A stretch of DNA of 64,000 nucleotides, from positions 2,466-66,465 of the forward strand of contig CAMCZP010000011.1 in NCBI GenBank assembly GCA_945887855.1, read 5' to 3'. Under the pieces are notes generated by a model. It did no database searches. It was not told where the DNA came from and saw only the letters and a program-made list of their open reading frames with translations. This document shows positions 56,917 through 64,000 of this stretch, in pieces; the stretch's first letter is position 1; each line of letters begins with the position of its first letter. The translations under genes and the position numbers were made by a program. The DNA comes from Leptospira interrogans serovar Manilae (GTDB lineage Bacteria; Spirochaetota; Leptospiria; Leptospirales; Leptospiraceae).

Positions 56917-57890
56917 AATCTCACCAAAATCCCCTTTGGATATCAGAAGGTGATCCCACAGGAATCTCCTATGAACTTCTAGAAAAGTCTTATGAAAATC
57001 TATTTAAGCTATCCCAAAATATACCCATTTTCCTTGTTAAAAGCCAAAACACCTTTCTACCTAATTTTTTTTTAGAACACTCAATACAAACAAAACTACC
57101 AAAGAGTGGGCTATACTATATTAACTCTAAATATTTTAACCAATTCAAAGATCACTCTTTTGAATTGGGGAAGCCGGATACAAAAAGTGGATTTTGTTCT
57201 TATTTGTCATTGACCTATACATGCAAACTGATTCAAAAATATGGGGGAAACCTAATCACACTTCCCCTGAGCAAAGAATGGGTATTAAAGTGTGAAAATA
57301 TAAAATTTTCAGGTCATACAGAGTTCTTGGCTGATTATTTTAATACCAATACATACATGATTATGTATTCAAAAGAGTGGAAAGTGCTTGTGCTAACAAC
57401 TCATATTCCATTAAAAGATGTAGTACGAAAATTAAAAAAAATAAAGTGGAAGAAACTTTTTTCAGCAATTCAAAAATCTAATTTTTTTCCAAATCCAAAG
57501 ATAGGTTTCTGTGGTATCAACCCCCATGCAGGAGAGGGGGGAAAAATTGGTAGGGAAGAAGATACTATCCTATCCCCTGTTTTAAAGAAATACTCAATAA
57601 AAAATTTTTTACTCCGGGGCCCTTTCTCGGCAGATTCAATTTTTACAGAAGAATGGAAGGGTCGATTTGATCTAATTGTAGCATGTTACCATGACCAGGG
57701 ATTGGCTCCTTTTAAGGCATTGGTAGGCAAGAAAGGAATTAATTTGACAATTGGACTTCCATTCACCCGTGTTTCACCCGACCATGGTCCTGCGTTTGAA
57801 ATTGCAGGAAAAATGGTAGCAGATCCTTCAAGCCTTCATAATTGTTTAGAATTTATAGAGTCTATTTCTTCTCCCGAATTTCCTGCGTGA
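56913..57890 (+). CDS. pdxA: 4-hydroxythreonine-4-phosphate dehydrogenase
   Basis: 325 aa. EGDPTGISYE, GHTEFLA, GINPHAGEGG, CYHDQGL and SPDHGPAF. Confidence 0.85.
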   Translation: MKSHQNPLWISEGDPTGISYELLEKSYENLFKLSQNIPIFLVKSQNTFLPNFFLEHSIQTKLPKSGLYYINSKYFNQFKDHSFELGKPDTKSGFCSYLSLTYTCKLIQKYGGNLITLPLSKEWVLKCENIKFSGHTEFLADYFNTNTYMIMYSKEWKVLVLTTHIPLKDVVRKLKKIKWKKLFSAIQKSNFFPNPKIGFCGINPHAGEGGKIGREEDTILSPVLKKYSIKNFLLRGPFSADSIFTEEWKGRFDLIVACYHDQGLAPFKALVGKKGINLTIGLPFTRVSPDHGPAFEIAGKMVADPSSLHNCLEFIESISSPEFPA

Positions 57891-58902
57891 TTTTTAAAAA
57901 GTTTTCAACTTCTTTTTTACTTCCCGTGATAAAGGTTGTTCTTTGGTGAAGTTCATTTGGTTGGATATCCAAGATTCTCTCGCCTTTTGTTGTAACTGCC
58001 AATCCTCCCGCTTGTTCTACAAGATAAGCCATTGGAGCTGCTTCGTAGAGAAGCCTTAATTTTCCCATAGGGTATTTCTGAGATTTTGTATCTTCTGGGT
58101 ATAAAAAAATTCCTCCTTTGAGGAGGTTTCGATGGAAATCGGCAACTAGAGATCCTACATATCGGGAGGTTTTTGGTTTGTTATTATTTTCAATAGATTT
58201 AATTTTTCGTATGTATCCCTTAACTTCTTCTGACCAATAATCATAATTTCCTTCATTGACAGAATAAATTTCTCCCGTTTCAGGAATTGTAATTGAGGGA
58301 TGAGATAATAAAAATTCTCCACAGGAAGGATCCAAGGTGAAACCAACCACACCTTTCCCAAAACTCAGAACCATCATGGTAGAAGAGCCGTATAGAATGT
58401 ATCCCGAACATACCTGCAATGCTCCTTTTTGAAGGAGATCTTCCACTGTTCCCATAGTGTTCATGGGTGTTTTTCTTAGATGGATAGAAAATATAGTACC
58501 AATTGAAACATTTGTATCTATGTTAGAGGATCCATCTAATGGATCAAATGCCAAAGTATACTTTCCTACTTTGTACTCCTTTGGGATTTCAATGATTCCA
58601 TCAGATTCTTCACTGGCCATCACACAGAGGTGTCCAGAAATTTTTAGTGCATTTGTAATCAAGGTATCAGCATATTGGTCAAGTTTCATTTGGGTTTCTC
58701 CCTGGACATTGGTGTCCTCTGTAGCACCCAAAAAATTTTCTAGTAAACCTGCTTTTCTCACTTCTCTTGAAACAATCTTAACTGCATATACCAAATGGCT
58801 CATGAGTGCAGTAAAATCACCCGTGGCATAAGGAATTTTAAGTTGCCCTTCTATTAAAAATTGTGATAAACTAATCATATCCTTTGGATGGATTTTATTC
58901 AT
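57862..58902 (-). CDS. fbp: Fructose-1,6-bisphosphatase class 1
   Basis: 346 aa. DPLDGSSNIDTNVSIGTIFSI, GSSTMMV, YVGSLVADFHRNLLKGGIFLYP and LRLLYEAAPMA. Confidence 0.9.
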   Translation of the reverse strand: MNKIHPKDMISLSQFLIEGQLKIPYATGDFTALMSHLVYAVKIVSREVRKAGLLENFLGATEDTNVQGETQMKLDQYADTLITNALKISGHLCVMASEESDGIIEIPKEYKVGKYTLAFDPLDGSSNIDTNVSIGTIFSIHLRKTPMNTMGTVEDLLQKGALQVCSGYILYGSSTMMVLSFGKGVVGFTLDPSCGEFLLSHPSITIPETGEIYSVNEGNYDYWSEEVKGYIRKIKSIENNNKPKTSRYVGSLVADFHRNLLKGGIFLYPEDTKSQKYPMGKLRLLYEAAPMAYLVEQAGGLAVTTKGERILDIQPNELHQRTTFITGSKKEVENFLKITQEIREKK

Positions 58903-59213
58903 AGATTGTATTCCTTATTTAATTCAATACGTTAGATTCATATACTCTCTTTAAATTTCAAGCAAAACTCTCTAACCTTTGAATATGATTTTTTTATCCT
59001 TATTTGTAAAAAATATTCCTCAATTTAAGAAATAATCCAATTATTAGAAGTAGTAGATAAGTAAGTGAAGTTGTACTTTTTAATAGATTTTATTTCATTT
59101 AAAATTGGAATGGGTTGCAGTATACCAAATGGATTATAATTTTTTGTAATTTCCCCTAAAAAATAGGATAATCATTTTTTATAAATATAATTACAAGGTA
59201 AACAGTAAAAATT

Positions 59214-61259
59214 TTGATAAATATTATCAGCATTCTACTTTTAGGATTAACAATGAATTTAAATAGTGATGAGGGAATGTGGACATTAGACAATCTACCA
59301 CTCCCCTACTTAAAAGAAAAGTACAGGTTTACTCCTGCCGTATCCTTTTTAAAAAATACCCAACTCAGTTCAGTTCGTTTCAATGATGGTGGATCAGGTT
59401 CATTCGTTTCCAATCGGGGATTAGTACTTACAAACCACCATGTGGCTATGGGTCAATTGCAAAAAATATCCCACCCAAAATCTGATTATGTTAAAAATGG
59501 ATTTTTAGCCAAAACAAGAAAAGAGGAATTAAAATGTCCTGATCTAGAGCTAAACATACTTATAGAAATGGAAGATGTAACACAAATCATAAAAGATTAT
59601 GTAAAAGGTATAGATTCACATCAATTAATAGAAAGCAAAAGAAAAGAAATTATATCAAATTTAGAAAACATATCTCATCAAAAAACTGGTTTGAGATCTG
59701 ACGTAGTTGAATTGTATCACGGAGGAGAATTTTGGCTTTACAAGTACAAAAAATATACTGACATACGCCTAGTACATTCTCCAGAACTCCAAGCTGCTGC
59801 TTTCGGAGGTGATACAGATAATTTTCAATATCCAAGATATGCATTGGATTATGCATTTTTTAGAGTATACGAAAATGATAAACCTATTCATTCAAAAAAT
59901 TTCTTTAAATGGAATGGTAAAGGCGCAAAAGAAGGTGAGCTATTATTTGTCTCAGGTCACCCTGGCTCTACAGACAGGCAAAAAACACTGAGTGAGATCT
60001 TATTTTTAAGAGATCATTCCTTTCCAGAATATTTGATAATTCTTAAAGAAAAGATCAATTCTATGAAAGAATATTCTAACCGTGGTAAAGAAGAAGAGAG
60101 GAGAGCTAGAGGAAGTATACTCGGAATCGAAAACTCAATAAAAGCAATTCAGGGGGAATATTCTGCTCTCTTACATGCAGAAACTATCCAGAGCATAGAA
60201 ACTAACGAAAATAAGTTGAAAGAGATTGTAAATAGTAATCCAGATTTTAAAAAAGAGTATGGTAATATTTGGGATAATATTGAAAAAGTTCAGAAGAAAA
60301 TGGTGGATAGAAAAAAAGAAATGTACTACCAAAAAGTTTCTGGTGATTTAGCTTCTTTAGCACTTTCTTTAGTTCGATATGAAATGGAAATAAAAAAACC
60401 AAATGAGGAAAGATATGAAGAATATCGAATTTCCTCTTTAGAATCAACCCAATTGCACTTACTCACAAGTGCTCCAGTATACAAAGATAAAGAGATTGTA
60501 TCACTTTCAAAAAGTTTAGAATTAGCAAAGAAAGAACTTTCAGAAGATAATAATTTTGTTAAAGTTGCTATTGGAAATGAAAATATACTCACATTGTCCA
60601 AAAAATTAATAGAATCCACATCTTTAGACAACCCAGAATTTCGAAAAAACCTACTAAAAAACCCCCATTTGATTGCAACATCAGATGATCCAATGTTGGT
60701 ATGGATTCGTAAACTTGAACCAATCTATAGAAGCAATCGGGATTGGATAGAAAAAGAAGTGGAAGCAATTTTAACTATTGAAGGTGGTAAACTTTCTGAT
60801 CTTCGGTTTAAAATATATGGCAGAAATACATATCCAGATGCTACATTTACCCTTAGATTAAGTATAGGTACAATAAAAAGTTATGAGATAGATGGATGGA
60901 AAATTCCAGCATTCACTACCTTCTATGGTTTATTTGAAAGAGCCTATGGATTCAATAAAAATAAAGAATATCTACTTTCAGATAATATAAAAAAAAGTAA
61001 AGATGAAATTAATCTTAACTCCAGAATTAATTTTTGTAGTACGCATGATATTACAGGAGGAAATTCTGGCAGTCCCGTTATCAATACTAAGGGGGAAATA
61101 GTAGGTTTGATTTTTGATGGAAATGCATATAGTCACTCTCTATCTTATGCATATACAGACAAAAATGCAAGATCAGTATCTGTTCACACAGAGGGGATTG
61201 AAGAAGCATTAAAAAATATTTATAAAGCCAAAAATATTTTATCTGAATTAAAGGAATAA
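59214..61259 (+). CDS. Peptidase family S46 (dipeptidyl-peptidase 7/11-like)
   Basis: 681 aa with a TTG start as tracked. DEGMW follows the signal peptide. TNHHV (His) and GGNSGSPV (Ser) are separated by a large helical insert. Confidence 0.85.
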   Translation: MINIISILLLGLTMNLNSDEGMWTLDNLPLPYLKEKYRFTPAVSFLKNTQLSSVRFNDGGSGSFVSNRGLVLTNHHVAMGQLQKISHPKSDYVKNGFLAKTRKEELKCPDLELNILIEMEDVTQIIKDYVKGIDSHQLIESKRKEIISNLENISHQKTGLRSDVVELYHGGEFWLYKYKKYTDIRLVHSPELQAAAFGGDTDNFQYPRYALDYAFFRVYENDKPIHSKNFFKWNGKGAKEGELLFVSGHPGSTDRQKTLSEILFLRDHSFPEYLIILKEKINSMKEYSNRGKEEERRARGSILGIENSIKAIQGEYSALLHAETIQSIETNENKLKEIVNSNPDFKKEYGNIWDNIEKVQKKMVDRKKEMYYQKVSGDLASLALSLVRYEMEIKKPNEERYEEYRISSLESTQLHLLTSAPVYKDKEIVSLSKSLELAKKELSEDNNFVKVAIGNENILTLSKKLIESTSLDNPEFRKNLLKNPHLIATSDDPMLVWIRKLEPIYRSNRDWIEKEVEAILTIEGGKLSDLRFKIYGRNTYPDATFTLRLSIGTIKSYEIDGWKIPAFTTFYGLFERAYGFNKNKEYLLSDNIKKSKDEINLNSRINFCSTHDITGGNSGSPVINTKGEIVGLIFDGNAYSHSLSYAYTDKNARSVSVHTEGIEEALKNIYKAKNILSELKE

Positions 61260-61284
61260 AGTAAAAATCATTTTAATTTAATAT

Positions 61285-62238
61285 ATGAATCTATCCTTTA
61301 ACATAAAAAGTAAAATATTTCTTATATTTTTAGTTTTTTTAGTAATACATAATTTGTATCCACAGGAACCCGATGAACATGGGGAAATTACTTTAAAATT
61401 AGATGAAAAAACTATTTACACTGATTTATTCAAAAGCTGTGAAAGGGGAGATTTAAAAAAGGTAATCTATTTGGTGGAAGAGTACAGTCCAAATTTAAAC
61501 CAAAAAAACAAAAAAGGTAGTCCTCCCCTAATCATTGCTTCCTTGAGTGGGAGTAAAGATATAGTCCGGTATCTACTTTCTAAAGAAGTTGATATAAATA
61601 TTACAGACAAAAATGGTAATACATCAATCCTTAACTCTCTTCTAAGAGGGAATCTAGAAATAGCAAAAATTATTTTAGAAAAAAAACCTAAACTAACAAT
61701 TAAAAATAAAAAAGGGATTTCTCCACTATTGATTTCTTCAGCAAATGGATATTTTGATATTTTAGAGGATATACTCTCTCAACCAGTAGATATAAACCAA
61801 CAAGACGAAGATGGTAATACTGCACTACACTTTAGTATACTTGGTGGTCATGAAGATATTGTTGAATTACTACTAGACAAGGGCGCAAATATTAAGATCC
61901 ACAATAAAAAAGGAAAATCACCAGTTGCCCTAGCTTCAGAGTCAGGTATTTTTGAACTCTTAGAAGTTTTTAGAAAGAATCCTAATGCTCTACTTAAATT
62001 AAAGTTTATTGAAATTGGGAGTGTTACCACCGAGACAAATAAAGATGGGATATTGAGCATTAAACCTAAAGATTTGACAAATAGAGAGATTAAACAAAAT
62101 CAAATTCTCTATTTTTTAGATAACTCTGATAAAGAAATTGGGTATGGAAAAATATACCTTATAAACCCAAAATTCATTAGAATAAAGATAGATTCAGGAG
62201 AAATACAATTAGGAAGTAAAGCGGGGTACTTTGAATGA
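61285..62238 (+). CDS. Secreted ankyrin-repeat protein
   Basis: 317 aa. Signal peptide, about 5 ANK repeats (G.TALH.A...GH.DIVELLLDKGANI) and a ~90-aa C-terminal domain of unknown type. Confidence 0.85.
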   Translation: MNLSFNIKSKIFLIFLVFLVIHNLYPQEPDEHGEITLKLDEKTIYTDLFKSCERGDLKKVIYLVEEYSPNLNQKNKKGSPPLIIASLSGSKDIVRYLLSKEVDINITDKNGNTSILNSLLRGNLEIAKIILEKKPKLTIKNKKGISPLLISSANGYFDILEDILSQPVDINQQDEDGNTALHFSILGGHEDIVELLLDKGANIKIHNKKGKSPVALASESGIFELLEVFRKNPNALLKLKFIEIGSVTTETNKDGILSIKPKDLTNREIKQNQILYFLDNSDKEIGYGKIYLINPKFIRIKIDSGEIQLGSKAGYFE

Positions 62239-62382
62239 CCTTGGACAAAAATCTTTTGTAATGAAAAAGTTTTTTGTAGACTTTTTTTTACGTTCAATTC
62301 TAATTCTAAATATAATAGAAAAATAATGTAAAATAGAATTCATTGAGTACTACAAATTCTATTTACATTTACAGGAGGCAAT

Positions 62383-62826
62383 ATGGCCAACCCAAATCCC
62401 AAACTAATTCGTTACATCCGTGAAACCGCAGACCGTCTAGAAGGTGGTGCTGATTACCAATGGGGTCACCAAGGACAATGCAATTGTGGGCATATAGTTC
62501 AAACAATAACAGAGCTCTCCCCCTCAGAAATCTATCATAGAGTCATACAAACCACTGGAGAATGGAGTGAATTTGCAAATGACTATTGCATGGGAACTAA
62601 TCTTGAAATAGAAGAAATTCTTGATACTTTAAATTACCAGGGGTTGTCCAGAGAAGATATGCGAAATCTTGAATATCTTTCAGATGAGAGCATTCTCTCC
62701 AAACTTCCCGGTGGTAAACGTTATTTGGAAAAAAACAAGAGAGAAGATGCCATTATCTATATGAGAACATGGGCTGACCTTCTCGAAGAAAAAGATATTC
62801 CCAAAAAAGAATTAGTTACTGTTTGA
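62383..62826 (+). CDS. Hypothetical protein
   Basis: 147-aa ORF with GGAGG upstream. Contains YQWGHQGQCNCGH; no family recognised. Confidence 0.45.
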   Translation: MANPNPKLIRYIRETADRLEGGADYQWGHQGQCNCGHIVQTITELSPSEIYHRVIQTTGEWSEFANDYCMGTNLEIEEILDTLNYQGLSREDMRNLEYLSDESILSKLPGGKRYLEKNKREDAIIYMRTWADLLEEKDIPKKELVTV

Positions 62827-63565
62827 TTGAACTGGTAACACTCCTTGAAAACAAAAGGTCTGTTACCATTTTCCATATAGATTGCATAAAAAATCCTACA
62901 AGGCCAGGTATGGAAACTTGAAGGGCAACTTCTATTAAATTTACCCTACCGAAAACAGAAAACAAAGAGAATATAGGCGGTAAAAAGAAAAAAAGTGAAA
63001 TGATTCGTATGTGAATATCAGGGGAGCCCATCCAAAGGAGAACTCCGCTGATCCCTAGATTCAAGAAAATAAGATTCCACAAAATCAAAGACATTCTGGG
63101 TAAATAGTAAATTAAATCAAGTTTAGGATTAGATAGATTTGAATTTAGGATTTCACTTAAAATAAAATTCTGAGCACAATCCAATAAGATTATAAATATA
63201 AGTAAAAGATAATAGAAAGCTCTGACTATCGCAGGAGGAGAGGACATTTTAGAAGCAATTTCAAATATACTTAAGAAATAAATTGAGTATAAAAATATAT
63301 ACAAAAAGTCCAATTCCAATGTTTGCAGGATCAATCCAAGATTTTTAGCAAGATTTTCATCCCCCACTTTACCAACAATATTCATAATATTTTCGTAACT
63401 AGAAGAGAGTTCTAAAGCTAATGGAAAGAAGGTAAAACCAGAATGATACTCATGAGCAGGTAGACTGGAAGTTAGGGAATGGTTAAAATATCCCATACTG
63501 GAAAACAATAAACCAGAAAAAAAAACAAATCTATATAGATAGCTTTCTCCTAATTTCATAAACAT
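62816..63565 (-). CDS. Hypothetical polytopic membrane protein
   Basis: 249 aa with about 6-7 hydrophobic helices. Confidence 0.45.
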   Translation of the reverse strand: MFMKLGESYLYRFVFFSGLLFSSMGYFNHSLTSSLPAHEYHSGFTFFPLALELSSSYENIMNIVGKVGDENLAKNLGLILQTLELDFLYIFLYSIYFLSIFEIASKMSSPPAIVRAFYYLLLIFIILLDCAQNFILSEILNSNLSNPKLDLIYYLPRMSLILWNLIFLNLGISGVLLWMGSPDIHIRIISLFFFLPPIFSLFSVFGRVNLIEVALQVSIPGLVGFFMQSIWKMVTDLLFSRSVTSSIKQ

Positions 63566-63706
63566 TCCCCAGTGAAAAATCTAATTGGAAAAAATAGCAA
63601 GTTTTTCTTTTTTTACGTTTTTTAAGTTAAAATCTCAATTCTGAAAATGTGAATACAAATCTTGACTCGTGTGGGGAATCACAAAAATTGGAATATAGCA
63701 CTTCTA

Positions 63707-63755
63707 CCCCCACCAATCGAAATAGCCGCTTTCGAAAATAAAATGGAACTGGGGG
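63707..63755 (+). promoter_or_regulatory. Structured 5' leader upstream of rpsF (possible S6:S18-responsive leader)
   Basis: Outer stem CCCCCA (63707-63712) / TGGGGG (63750-63755) encloses an inner hairpin TCGAAA (63717-63722) / TTTCGA (63730-63735) with loop TAGCCGC. The structure ends 6 nt before the AAAGGAGAG Shine-Dalgarno. Confidence 0.25.
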
Positions 63756-63776
63756 ATACCCAAAGGAGAGAAAAAA

Positions 63777-64000
63777 ATGCGAGCATACGAGATAACAAAT
63801 ATTCTTCTGGATCATCCTCAATCCGTCACAGAAGAAACCAAAACAACTGTGAAGGATATTTTAAAAAAATATTCAGTTGAAATCACAGGCGAAGAAGACT
63901 GGGGTCAAAAAAAACTCTGGCATAAAATTAGAGGAAGCGAAACCGGAGCATTTTTTCATTTGAAATGCAAAGCTGAACCCAAGGTGATTGCCAATCTAGA
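63777..64000 (+). CDS. rpsF: 30S ribosomal protein S6 (5' partial, runs off the window)
   Basis: ATG at 63777 after AAAGGAGAG. Translation MRAYEITNILLDHPQSVTEE...EDWGQKKLWHKI matches the S6 pattern MRxYE...EDWG.R.LAY.I. It is absent from the ORF track because no stop lies inside the window. Confidence 0.8.
   Translation, partial: MRAYEITNILLDHPQSVTEETKTTVKDILKKYSVEITGEEDWGQKKLWHKIRGSETGAFFHLKCKAEPKVIANL

Noticed and set aside
63627-63880. Tracked ORFs of 64 aa (minus) and 72 aa (plus) upstream of and overlapping rpsF
   Set aside because: The plus ORF is out of frame with a clear S6 reading frame starting at 63777, which has a strong Shine-Dalgarno. The region is better explained as the rpsF promoter and leader.
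1-64000. Window-wide look for CRISPR arrays, IS elements or transposases, integrases, prophage genes, rRNA and tRNA
   Set aside because: I saw no regularly spaced direct repeats, no transposase, integrase or phage structural signatures in any tracked ORF, and no rRNA- or tRNA-like conserved strings in the intergenic gaps. Absence is judged by eye only.

Overview
This is a low-GC, densely coding chromosomal segment with about 65 genes on both strands and many 1-4 nt start/stop overlaps. The gene content looks like a Leptospira-type spirochaete: many SpoIIE/PP2C sensor phosphatases (one with a 7TMR-DISM input), a STAS antagonist and numerous lipoproteins. That assignment is inference only. Every call comes from motif and family recognition by eye on the supplied translations; no search was run. 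Recognisable housekeeping genes are dps, pmbA-tldD, queC, trpC, murD, comM/yifB, two sppA paralogs, lepA, bfr, pdxA, fbp and the 5' end of rpsF. I found no rRNA, tRNA, CRISPR array, transposase or integrase. The loci most worth a second look are listed here. (1) 50.3-53.6 kb: a translationally coupled operon of a KamA-family radical-SAM aminomutase, a divergent Ddl-like ATP-grasp ligase, a membrane CXXCH haem-domain protein and a lipoprotein. (2) 7.0-10.9 kb: an AT-rich accessory-looking cluster of a Met/His-rich outer-membrane barrel, a beta-propeller lipoprotein, a small His/Cys-rich membrane protein and a cytochrome-c-like lipoprotein with CX4CH, possibly metal handling. (3) 42.1-44.2 kb: a thiolase-fold protein lacking both catalytic cysteines, coupled to a GT9 heptosyltransferase. 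(4) 44.2-44.9 kb: an untracked 54-codon ribbon-helix-helix ORF with upstream inverted repeats in the largest intergenic gap. (5) 32.0-37.4 kb: an envelope operon of sppA, DUF374, sppA, MBOAT, a lipoprotein and PP2C. (6) 53.7-57.9 kb: nfeD followed by two tandem SPFH paralogs.
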